A stretch of DNA of 60,999 nt, counting the filler, from Globobulimina sp. (Eukaryota), in NCBI GenBank assembly GCA_003354225.1. It is 17 parts of 17 records of this genome, joined end to end, with 100 filler letters (N's around TTAATTAATTAA, not from the genome) between each part and the next. Parts side by side here need not be neighbours in the genome. Positions count along the whole stretch, not along the records: positions 32,363 to 35,856 come from PIVH01002671.1; positions 35,957 to 39,450 come from PIVH01002672.1; positions 39,551 to 43,043 come from PIVH01002673.1; positions 43,144 to 46,636 come from PIVH01002674.1; 13 more parts are not named here. One strand, given 5' to 3'. Under the pieces are notes generated by a model that did no database searches, was not told where the DNA came from, and saw nothing but the letters and a program-made list of their open reading frames with translations. Made by a program: the position numbers and the translations under genes. Shown here piece after piece: positions 33,951 to 45,832 of the stretch (position 1 is its first letter; each line of letters opens with the position of its first letter).

Positions 33951-36238
33951 AGGAAAGTCTGAAGTCTTTATTTAAGTCTTTGAGTTTTCTTGAACTTTCA
34001 TCAAAACAAAACTTCTTCTTTCTTTTCTTGGTCCTCGGCGACCATGGGTCCTTGACTTGGGCCCAGTCCATTCATTGATTGATCGGTATTCAATCGATGT
34101 TTGGATTCCAATTGATCTCATCATCCATGATGATCAATTCAAATCCGTCAATTCGCCGATCGCGGGAATTGTACAGCAATCATTTAATGAGTTTGCCGAT
34201 GGCGGCAATTCATTCAATTCCGATGGCGCAAATTCGCATTAATGGACAATTTATTATGTTATAATTATGGCGATCGGGCATTATTCGCACATATCCTTCG
34301 TCGTCGTTGAAGAGCAAATTTACAATTTAAATAAACAAAAACTGTATCCATTGAGCCATGCGACGTTTGAGCGCATCCTGGCCATTGGTACGGTGACTTT
34401 GATCATTTATGATGCATTCGCTGTAGTGCCTCGTTGTGTGCCCACTGATACCGTTCATTGGTCACTCTCTGCGCATGCACGTTTTGAGGCATTCGCTTTG
34501 CGGATTAGATTTGTAGCATTGTCCATCGTGCCATTTGGTTCATTGTTGCTCGTTGCGTGGTTTTAGTGGATCACAGAAGCGCCCTATGCATGGGTTATAT
34601 TGCCGTCTGCCTTGGGTAACCCTTACGCTTTGGGGGGATCCTCGTGATATTTTTATCAGTAAAACGCATAAACCTCGCAAATTTCTCAAAAATTCATTTA
34701 TTTTATCGTGGTTGAAGCTATTTTTCGTTTTGTTCCTGGAATATTATGGTCCGGACATCTACGTATTATTTGATTTTATTCGGGTCGATTGGATTAAGTA
34801 ATTTTCGTAGTATGATTAAACCGGACTTATTCTGGGAATATTAATGGACCGCGATGATGCCGGGAACCTGTTAATTTAATAGGAAACATTCATGCATCTC
34901 ATTGTAGTTAAAATGAGTTTGCATGACCAATAATGAATGATTGGTGGCATTAATTTCATTCGGTATTATATTCGCCAAAATATTATAATTATTAAACTGT
35001 CGTTGGATGGTTGCCGGGGACAATAAGGTATTGTTCATATCCTCGCTCTCCTTTTTTATTTTTGTATATTGCCGTTGCAATAAAAACAATTTAGATTCGA
35101 ATTCATGGCACATGAGCAACGCCGGGGGCTTGGATACGAATTCCGATGGTGATTTTCCATAATGATATAATTTCAAATGGGTCTTAGGGGCGTTGAATGT
35201 ATTAAATACAGCGTCCGACGGGTTATCGGAGATCGCAGTATCATCAGTATTAGGTATCAACGATCGGATTTTATAGGTATCATTGCCATATAATTTAATA
35301 ATTTCAAACGGGCCAATCCAACGCTCGTCGAACTTTTTGCGATTGCCGACGTAGTGGGACTGCATATTATACAGCACATGCTGGCCAATGACGAATGGGT
35401 CATCGATTTTATTCATATCATAGGATTTTTTACGCATTTTATCATAGATACGCTGGGCTCATTGCCATTATTACGGATTGTCGTCAATCTGTTAGTCATA
35501 AATCGCATATATTCCAATGGATTTTTTAGATTGAACTCGTATTGTAATGGCTTATACGGATCGTGGTCGAATATAATATTGAACGGAGCATATGTCGTCA
35601 TTCGATTTGGCTGCTAATTATATGTATATTGTATGATTGGTAGGTAATCGGACCAATCGTCGCTGCCATCGAGAAAATTGAGTCCTCCGTCTTGGGCAAT
35701 CAGCGCCAATCTCTCTTTTAGCCATCGGTGGAGACGTTCAATCTGTCCATTACATTCCGGATGGTATGTTGTTGTATATTTTCTAACTATTTTTTTATTA
35801 TTTAACATATAATTATGATAAATAGATGAAATAAATTGGCTGCCATTGTCGGATAGNNNNNNNNNNNNNNNNNNNNNNNNNNNNNNNNNNNNNNNNNNNN
35901 TTAATTAATTAANNNNNNNNNNNNNNNNNNNNNNNNNNNNNNNNNNNNNNNNNNNNAATCACGCTCTGGCATTCCATGTGGTTTTTTAGCAGAATCCGTT
36001 AGTGTCGATTGCACTCTTTCCCATGCAAATTTTGATGGACATACCGTATTGCGATAGGTTTCCATGCTCAAATATAAAACAATCAATCTCCCCACAAAAA
36101 TGAGTACGATCGATATCAGTAACAATGTTCACTATATTCCAAATGTTGATTTACTAAAGTTTTTTGGCTGAAATGTTTTTTAGCTGAAATTAAATTAACA
36201 TTAATTCACTAAATCAAAAATCAATTAAATAGTATTTA

Positions 36239-37515
36239 CTAATCATTTTTCCTTTTCGTGCAATATTTGGTGCACTCATTAAATGCATACATAATTCCGT
36301 TTGGAATCACCATTATTATATTCCATAAAAAACCATCATACATTTTTCTCTTTTTTATAACTTCTTTATCATCATACAACGATACATTTTTTTTGCTTTT
36401 CTTATCCAAAAATCCAGCGTACATTTTCCGCTCTTTCTCCATTTCCTTTTCTTTTGCAACTTTAATTTTATTCAAATATTTTTTAATTAACCTTTTCTCC
36501 CTATCCTCAGTCGCCAATTTCTGGAATTTAACCATATCATTTCTCGCTAAATCAAAATCGCACTGTTCCAAATAACTTAATCCTCTGCGAATCAATGCCT
36601 TCATATTTCCACCATCAATCTCCAATGCCTTTGAGCTCCATTTTATGCATTCACTCACTTCTTTCAATTGTCTATGACATCTAAATTATGTCCGAAAATC
36701 CGAAAACATAACAGATTCAACAAAAAAATAACATAACATATTACATACATTGCGCAGTTCAAAAAACATTTCAATTTACATGCATTGATGTCGTTTTTAT
36801 GCACTTTTGTGCCTTGTAACTGGTCAGGCATTGCCATGTCGCAATCGTCCATTGCTTCTAAACATTGTACGGCTTTCTCATAAATATCCAATGCCGTTTT
36901 AAATCTCTTTCTTTCATACCGTTGATTGCCACGTTGGCGTAATACATTTGCAACATTTAACTGTTGAACAAATGTCATTTTATGGGAGTCTTCTTGCTTT
37001 GGTAAGCTATCAATGACAATTAAGTCATATCGCAATGGCAATTCTTGTGCATTCGTGTTGGTGGTTGGACATTTTGCGGGTGATTTATTTATGGGATATC
37101 CATACTTTTCAATGTCATATATCTCAATGATGGCATGTTCGCCGTATTTCATAGTCACTAAAGCTTGATCGATAGCTTTTGATTCTTGCGCTTGACCTAA
37201 AATTAACGATATTTCCTCAAATAACTCGTCGCGAAATACTGTGCCATTTGCGGTTTGGCCTTTGATGTTTATCCAGATGCGACCGAGGATATGTTCTGAT
37301 ACTTTCTGGCCTGAGCTATTGGTGCTTATCATTATCTTTTTAACCAGTCCGTCATCTGTGATATTATAGACACGTCTGCCTTTACCGTCGGTGCAATACT
37401 TTTCTTCTGTTTGGTCAGCAATTTGTTGGTTTTGTTCGGAGTCGTTGTTTTTGGGTTGTTTATTGATGTCTGAATTGCTAGAAGCTGATGAAATTGTGTT
37501 TGTTTGCTGTGCCAT
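36239..37515 (-). CDS. FKBP-like domain + TPR co-chaperone with hydrophobic C-tail; intron 36748-36681
   Basis: ITDDGLVKKI...AIDQALVTMKYGEHA...YGY; TPRs ANVLRQRGNQRY...ALDIYEKA, CFLNCAICH, KALEIDGGNMKALIRRG; a 68-nt intron restores the frame. Confidence 0.88.
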
Positions 37516-37701
37516 CTTGATTAGATGCAAAAACTCGAAGTGAAAATTTTTTCACTCAAACTAGCAAAGTTTTTTTACAGCAAGCAATGTTGTCGTTTAA
37601 GTGAAACTGAGTTGGTGAAGGTGAATATCAGCTACATAAATAAACTGACTTTTCATCATAATCGCTAAATATGTAGAAATTATCTCATTATTAGTTATCG
37701 A

Positions 37702-39450
37702 TTGTATACAGCGGTGCAAAAACAGATGGAATTAACTGAGGAAGACAGAGAAACGCTAAGATTCATAAACAAGAGATATAAGTTTGAGGACGAATTAATG
37801 CATTTTGAATCTGGTACTTTGGATTTAATGGCAATGGAAGAATTAGAACATAAATTAAGAGATCTTGATTCAAACGATGTCAATGATAAATTACAAAGTA
37901 TGCAACGTAAGAAAGATACTAATGCAATAAAACAGAGATTAGAGACTGAAATGATTGACACATTGCAAAATGAAGAGTTAATAGAGCAAAATATCGAAAC
38001 ACTAAATTATAGGATTGATTCTTTAGAATATAATTTGGATGAATTCAATAATAAAAATAAGGAATTAATGGATAAATTAAGTGATACAAAAAAAGAAAAT
38101 ACGTTGTATCAAATGAAAATATTATCATTACAGAAAACTATGACTCATCTAAATGCAGCAAATATTAAATTACAAAGTAATCTTAAAACTGTTTATAACG
38201 GGAATGCAGCACAAAAAATTAAAATACATCATTTGGGTCAAAGTATTAAGCATTCAAATAATGAAATAAATGATATGAACCATTTTATGAATGAGTTGAA
38301 TGTACATACATTGGAACAAATAATTAATGATAAAAAAACAAATAAAGATTTGTTAATTGCATTGAATTCAAATGAGATAAAAATGAAAGAAATGAAAGAT
38401 AAAATTAATGAAATGCAAGAAAGCAAAAGTGTTTCTGAGAAAGAATTGAAACAAACAATTACTGATAAAAATAATAAGTTGAATGAAATAAAAGAAACAA
38501 ATGAAGATTTATTGCTTGCATTGAATTCAAATGAAATGAAAATTAAAGAATTAAAATATAAAATTAACGAAATACAAGAAACAAAAAATGTTACTGGAAA
38601 CCAGGAAATATATTCATTGAAACATACGATAAGTGATTTGAAGCAAAGCATTGATGATACAAACAATGAACTGCATGGAATAAAATATGAAATTGAGACA
38701 GATAAAGATTTATTATATATATTAAATTCAAATGAAATAAAAATTAACGAATTAAATGATAAAATTAATATTAATGAATTGCAAGAAGCAAAAAATGAAA
38801 AAAATGCATTTTTGGGACAGCATATAAGAGGAGATATGTTCATTGAAACAAACAATTAATGGTAAAAATAATCAATTATTGGAGGTGAAAGAAGCAAATA
38901 AAGATTTAATAACTGCATTAACTTCAAATGAAATAAAAATTAAAGAATTGAAAGTTAAAATTAATGAAATACAAGAAACAAAAAATAAGGAAATTGCAGT
39001 TTTGGAGCAAACGATTCGTGATTTGAAGCAAAATATGGATCATGCAAATAATGAAATAAATGAAATAAAATATAAAATTGAGACAGAAAAGCAATCATTC
39101 CATGATTTGATGAATGATTTACTTTCACAAAATGATGGGAAATATTATGAAATGGAAATATTTGCATTGCAACAAACAATTATTGATAAAAATAATGAAT
39201 ACAATCAAATAAAAGAATCAAATATATATTTGTTACATGCATTGAAATCAAATGAAATAAAAATTAAAGAATTAAAAAATAAAATTAATGAAATACAAAA
39301 AACAGACAATATTAATGATCAAGAATTATTCAATGATTTTATGGAGGAGCTAACCGTTAATGATAACAACAGCGAACTCAATGAAGAGAAAGAATCAAAT
39401 ACAGATATTTCAAATGTTTTAAATTCAAATAAAGATTTATTAAATATTTT
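37702..39450 (+). CDS. Coiled-coil repeat protein with a frameshift near 38825; 3'-truncated (possible pseudogene)
   Basis: Repeated unit QTIxDKNNxLNEIKExNxDLLxALNSNEIKIKELKxKINEIQE continues across the two frames. Confidence 0.6.
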
Positions 39451-39550
39451 NNNNNNNNNNNNNNNNNNNNNNNNNNNNNNNNNNNNNNNNNNNNTTAATT
39501 AATTAANNNNNNNNNNNNNNNNNNNNNNNNNNNNNNNNNNNNNNNNNNNN

Positions 39551-40644
39551 ACGACATCACAAAATGCTTCTAACAACAAACAATTGGCTGACTTTTGTAA
39601 CGAACTTAGAAATCCTCTGCAAATAACAGCTCCAGTACCAAATACTTGATTGTATCTCTTTGCTTTTTTGTTCGTTTTCTCCCATAAAAATCCTCTTTGC
39701 AGAAAGAAGTTTTTCATATCAATCCAATTTATTTCCTGATTGTTAATCCTTATTGGTTCACAAAATAAAATATCCGGTGTTAATTTACTTTCATTTTTTC
39801 TAGAATTGTCCTTATTTCGTTTCGCGAGCTGTTGCTTTTCCGTTAGCATAGTTACATTCACCTCATTGTCGGACATTAACTGTGCCAATTTCTTATACAT
39901 CAAATTCTCAAATTGTTGAGATCTTTGGTTTTTATCTGCTTCGTACTGAAAGCAACTCGTATCTGCCATGCTTATTTCTACACAAAATTGACGAAATGAG
40001 CTATTATTTAACACCTCAAATGTTGCGTTATTGGGATAATACTCATTGCTTTGCGTTGCAATGACCATTGCATTAATTTTTTTATTTCGTTTAAACACTT
40101 TATTCGTTTTCAACCAATTTGTAAGAAGCCTGTATGGTGGGATACCGTTAAAATGACAGAGATTTAGCCATTTGGATAAATCATATTTATCATAAGATTT
40201 GTGGCTGAGTTTAACATTAAAACATGTTCGAAAATCATCCCGTTTTAATGCGTAGCGTATACGCCCCGAACAATATAATTGTTGACTCAAAATAAATGCT
40301 GCTCGTAATGCTTTGAGGAGATCAATGATATTTGGTATGTCTCTCAAAAATGATCCATTCACAGTCTGTAAACCAACAAAGATATCGTTGCTGATAACAG
40401 ATTGATACAACGCATCATCAATCACTCCAAAACCGTACTGTTTAATTGCTATATTTTGTGAAATGAGTTGACTTAATTTATCAATACAATCTCGAGAGAA
40501 AATGATTTCATTCTTCCAGACAATGTTATTCATTTTATTTGTATTATGGTCATTGCATAATTTTCTTTTTTTGTGTGGCGATTTATCAACAATTGTAAAG
40601 TCATCCAATTGCAATTTTCGTTTCCTATTTGGTGACGCAGCCAT
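39551..40644 (-). CDS. CDIN1/C15orf41-like (TPD-domain) PD-(D/E)xK nuclease; 3' end at contig edge
   Basis: LTEKQQ...KLTPDILFCEPIRINNQEINWIDMK...RYNQVFGTGAVI..GF matches the TPD family pattern TPD...INWIESK...Y...FGPG. Confidence 0.8.
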
Positions 40645-40722
40645 GCTGAAAAGAAAGATTTAGGATTATTTGATGATAAACATTTTTTTTGGTCAAGTGC
40701 ACCAGTAACATCTAGATATATC

Positions 40723-41398
40723 ATGTTCCGTCGCTCAACGTGTTTAATGAAAAAGCATGTCGAGAATTGGAAAGCCATCACGCAACAAAACAATGTGCCA
40801 GTTGTCCGCAATGCGCGTCAAATATTGATTCAATTATATCGTAAAACCTTAGAAGACGTCAAAGTAATCCCATCCACTGCGGCATACCGACAAAATGTAG
40901 AAGCAATTACGAAATGGAGGCTATCTGTCTGTGAGGCTACACATTCCCATAAAGAGATTGAAATGGCCATCGAAGCTGGCATTATTGAGGAGGTTATAGA
41001 TCAGGCCAAGATGGAATTGGAATTGCTTCCATTTGTTATCAGTTAAATTATATATCTCCAATATCCACAGTCCACACTGATCCCATCGCAATTTCGCAAA
41101 CTAATATGGCCTAAATATAGACCGTCGGCCCTGGGAGGTTCCAATGGATTGGCAAGCACCAAAATTGACAGTGGATGGATTCGAATTTGATTGGATGAAG
41201 CTTCGACAAGATCGAGTGGACAAATCCTTTGCGATAAGAACTGAAATGAGTGAGAGTGATCGGGGACAATTTATGAACAAAATGTTAAAAAATAGCAATC
41301 CCGATTATGAGATATATCCCAAGGAGATGGCGGATTATATCGCGAGAATTGGATTCTGTGATCTCAAAACATATAAAGGTGTTAGATTTGGCGAGTAA
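40723..41398 (+). CDS. NDUFA5: Complex I accessory subunit NDUFA5 (B13) with C-terminal extension; intron 41042-41120
   Basis: PVVRNARQILIQLYRKTL...IPSTAAYRQNVEAITKWRL...IEAGIIEEVIDQAKMELEL; splicing yields the expected (R/K)PWE motif. Confidence 0.88.
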
Positions 41399-41441
41399 AA
41401 AATATACTGTTTAGAATCCTTGCACACAAAAAACATCACAG

Positions 41442-42209
41442 TCACGGCTCAATCATGCTAAATGTCCACTGTTCAGTGTCCAGTTTTTCATATCTATGTC
41501 GGTGGTGACAGCCTTCGTTATGACCCTTCCAAAATTCAATCATTGTGGGACACAGTATCCAGGCCACCCAATTGGATGGACGTGGGATGTTTTGAACACT
41601 CTCATATTTTGCAGCTGTTTCCGTCATTGTTTGTTGTAAGTATTGAATATTTGCAATCTCTTTGCATTGATGTGTTGAACACGCCCAAATCCAATATGAT
41701 CGGTCTTTGTTTGACCATATTTTGTCTGAAATAGCATCATCTGCAATATGGCAATTACCATCAATGCGTACTTGTTTTTTGAGGACTTCCCAATTATACA
41801 CTAGATTGCATGCAGGGTTTTCCATTAATTGTTGTGATTTGGCAGATGTCAATGTTGTGGTGAATACAAAACAACCATTTTGATTCAAATCGCATATTGC
41901 AACTGTCCTCGCAGACGGTCGTGGTGGGTTTACACGCATATTGATGGTTGATAATATCGCAAAGTTTGCTGTATGAACATCACATAGTGGATGATTTTGG
42001 CGTTCTATCAGCCAAGAACGAAATACATGAATTGGATCTTTGTTTGATGCTGGTCGCAATGTCTCAAATCCATTGTTAGTAAGCGATCGATTCGTTGTTT
42101 TATAGTACAAATTCTTAGAAAATGCTCTTTGTTAATAATAATGAATAATCATTGATGTTAAATGTAGATTTAATTGATTATACCTATGGAAACGTCGCAG
42201 CCATTGCAT
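41442..42209 (-). CDS. PNPO: Pyridoxine/pyridoxamine 5'-phosphate oxidase with putative mitochondrial presequence; intron 42183-42127
   Basis: DPIHVFRSW, LST...PSARTV, SAKSQQLMENP, KQVRIDG, IPRPSNW...PTMIEFW...HHRHRY; a 57-nt intron links exon 1 MQWLRRFHR in frame. Confidence 0.88.
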
Positions 42210-43143
42210 TTTGAAAAGATTTAATTAAGCTGTTTTCAGCTTGACACTTTACTTACAACTCTGCGTCTGTCGCAATTTAATTATTATCAAAGTATAATGT
42301 GCAAGGATACAGAATAAAAAGTTTGCAACTTGAAAAGGTAAATGGTAATATATATATGTTTATTATTAATTAATTTTACAAACACATTGCTCACAAAACA
42401 AATGTTAAAATATATCATATATAAAAATATTTATTAATTTAACTCAGTTAATACACTGTAAAAAAAGAGAAATGAAATGATAGGAGATTTGAATTAGTGT
42501 AAAAATGTATATAATGAACAAATTGTCCATATCCCATTTTAATGGTCAGGCCAGCCATAAATATAAATATAAATAAATAAATATAAACAGCCCCCGGCCA
42601 AATAGCATGGGCAGCTCATTCCAGCCTAACAAGTATTTATTAGATGTTCGATCTGTTTTTGCCATCATTTATTGTTTGCTGCTCCGATTAAGAAAAATAT
42701 TAAACCAATGTATCAATACAGCTAAATACCAAACAAATATAAGAATACGTAATATATTATTTGCCTTTCCTCTGTGTATTCATTTGCAAATTATATTTTA
42801 ATTAATATCAATTACAAAATTCGATGCATAATCATTTCTTAACTAAAGATATCGATAATTTGCTTACTATTAAAATGCCAGCAGAATCTCACTAATATTT
42901 TGTTTCAATGTACAGCAAATTTAGTATTATTATTTATTTGATTGCAATTTAGAAACCACAGTTTAATCACTGATCAGTTGCGAGAAAATGGAAGGAAGGA
43001 TTGTTTGTTTAGTTTTTATTTTTAGAGTTTTTTTTTGTGAATGNNNNNNNNNNNNNNNNNNNNNNNNNNNNNNNNNNNNNNNNNNNNTTAATTAATTAAN
43101 NNNNNNNNNNNNNNNNNNNNNNNNNNNNNNNNNNNNNNNNNNN

Positions 43144-44186
43144 CAATTACTATGTGTGGTGCAGCGGGCAATACATTAAAAGAAATGTTATCGATATTAT
43201 ACCCATCCAAACCAAAGAAATATGAATTTGATGCCATTAAACGAATTACAAATAAAGCAATTAAGCATTGTAAATATTATAATAAAACATACGACAAAGA
43301 ACCAATGGTTAAAATTGCAAATAAAATATGGATAAAGAAAGAATGTAAGGTGTTGGATGAGTACATTGCAGCTTGTCAACGGGACAATGTTGCTTTGATT
43401 GATATCAGTAATCCGAGTGTGGCAGCAAGAATTGTCAACGAATGGTGTGCACAGAATACAAATAATATGATTCAAAAAGTTGTTACAAAAGACATAATGT
43501 CTAATGTTGAATTATTAATTGCAAACGCAATATATTTTAATGGTAAGTTTGAGGCACCATTTGAGAAAAAACATACGTATAAAAATATATCATTTTATAA
43601 GAATAAAAAACGAGAGAAAGAATTAAGTAAAGTGAGAATGATGCATTCTGAAAAAAGACATTATTTTATACAAAAGTATAATGGCATTTATGATGTTGTT
43701 AAATTACTATACAAACATTCTGATTTATCGTTGATATTGGCAATGAATGAATATTCTGTCCGACATAAAAAACTGTTTTCAGTGTCAGATATTACTGATT
43801 TGAACTCAAGAAATGAATGGAAAAATAGCAAATTGAAATTATTTTTACCAAAATTTAAGTTTGAATATGAATGTATATTAAATTCAGTGTTGCAGCAAAT
43901 GGGGATACGAGATGCGTTTAGTGATAGCACAGCAAATTTTGCCAGAATGAGTGGTGATGCATTAAAAATTGGTCTTGTTATTCATAAAGCCATTGTTGAA
44001 GTGGATGAGATCGGTACAAAAGCTGCTGCCGTTACTGTTGTAGCAATGAAAAAAAAATCATGCGCGCGAAGAGTAAAAAAACCAAAAGTGCCAACTATTC
44101 GATTCGATCATCCATTTTCATTTTTTATATTTGATGAAAAAAAAAATAGTGCGTTATTTAGTGGTTGGTTTGTTGGGAGCAACTAA
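43144..44186 (+). CDS. Serpin (inhibitory-type hinge), 5'-truncated
   Basis: IANKIW, VNEWCAQNTNNMI, IANAIYFNGKF, LPKFKFE, HKAIVEVDEIGTKAAA, FDHPFSFFI...LFSG. Confidence 0.95.
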
Positions 44187-44387
44187 ATTCCTTTGATTTG
44201 AACTGTTTGTAATTTGTCAAATGTTAATTTTTTTCAAATAATTTAATATTAAATCTCAAATTGACGTTAAATCGCATTTCTCCGTAATTTCCGGTGATTT
44301 CGTTTCTAAAAATATTTTGTACAGTGTGCGACTGATATGCGCTTTAATGCTGATGAGGAGTATTTAAAATAATAAAACTCATAGAAT

Positions 44388-45698
44388 ATGATATCTTATG
44401 ACAAATACGAGAAACCAATTCCTCGTTTTAGTTGGGAATCAGATTCATGTACATCAAAATGTAATATTTGTCACACTACAATTAAATCAACACTCATATT
44501 CAAATCAAACAAACATCACTGCAGATTTTGGTACGATATCTATTTACATTCAATTCAGACAATATTCAAAGTATTTACATGTATAACAGTGGCAAGATAA
44601 TATGTGATGGATGCAGCCAAAACAAAAGTAATAAGCATCGTATATGTGATTTATGTGTGACAAAAAATAAAGGTTTACAAAATGCATTCATAAAATTATC
44701 ATCTTCTTCACCTGATTTTGATTATCATCATCTTCTTCATAAAATTATCATAAAATTATCGGGATCGCCGATTGATCCAATAAAAATAAGTGATCATGAA
44801 TTTATGTTCATATCTGATAGGTTTGACGATACATTACATTTATATTACTATAATACAATCGAAAATCAATGGAAACAAAAAGATGAGAAAATGTTTGAAA
44901 AGTTCTCAATGTTAAGTGCCACCGCAACTGCTTTCAATACAAACACAAAAGAATTGTACAGTATATTTGGTGAAACATTAACAAGAGTACATTTAAAAAA
45001 TAAATCCAAGGCACCATTTAAAATAACATCAACAATATATTGGCCAAAATGCATTTTTATAAATGATAAATTGCACATAATCGGTGGGGTTAAAGCAGGC
45101 GGAGGTGATAGTAATCATCATTTTGTACGGAATGATAACGAACATAAATTGATTCGAAATGAGATTTTGGATTAATTTTTCTTGAAAATAAGCAAAGATT
45201 GTATTTATTTGGAGGTGTTATTATTGCAAATCAGATTGCATATTCATGTATGATATGGATGAATCGAGCAATGGATGTATTTGGAAGCAATTAAATGTAA
45301 AAATGCCATACAAAGCATATGTTTTTGCAATTATAACATGTAAAAATGATAAATATATTTTATTATTTATTGCTGCAAGGCATGATGATCTGGCAGAAAT
45401 TTATATATTTGATGTGAATAAAGAGATATTTACAAAAAGTTCAATACAATGTCCAATTCCTGCAGGTGATATAAAAGCATTTGTGACAAAATCATTTGAT
45501 TACAACAAAATCATATTAGGTGGCTATATTCATAGCATGAATGCAACAAAATCATTTGATTACATTCCTCGCGATGTTGTTAATTTAATTGCACTGTTTA
45601 TGTGTAGCGAAGGTGAATATGTTTACGTATTTGGTTATAACGGAATGTGGAAAATCAGTATAGATTATATTCTCAAATATTCTCTGTTCAACAGATAA
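44388..45698 (+). pseudogene. FYVE zinc finger + Kelch-like propeller protein; intron 44531-44589; two frameshifts near 45165 and 45217
   Basis: WESDS..CNIC...KHHCRF|CGKIICDGCS...RICDLC is a FYVE finger. Kelch-like LHIIGG, then LYLFGG in a second frame, then DCIFMYD in a third frame. Confidence 0.75.
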
Positions 45699-45832
45699 AT
45701 CGTTGGATGTATTCGGTGTGCTCTTATTTCATTTGTTGTGTTTCTTTTGATTGCATTTCTATTGCGCAGTATAACAACAACCCCTAATATGGCAAGAACA
45801 CAAAATGTAACTCATTTCATAACATTAAAGCA

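Larger units (their letters stand above)
33818..35856 (-). mobile_element. 3' half of a decayed Ty3/gypsy-like LTR retrotransposon (integrase pseudogene)
   Basis: SDNGSQF...TTTYHPECNGQIERLHRWLK (integrase D,E), WSDYLPIIQYTYN*, TTYAPFNIIF and KKFDERWIGPFEI (GPY/F motif); in-frame TAG at 35614-35616 and a frameshift near 35413-35470. Confidence 0.9.

Noticed and set aside
35957-36125. Short ORFs at the start of contig 11
   Set aside because: Truncated fragments on either strand with no recognisable motif.
38238-38855. 205-aa antisense ORF and similar shadow ORFs (e.g. 18693-19358, 29166-29648, 5130-5492)
   Set aside because: They lie opposite well-supported genes and reflect codon bias or repeats.
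42500-42900. Possible decayed membrane-protein gene on the minus strand
   Set aside because: Only short hydrophobic fragments between many stops; no family can be supported.
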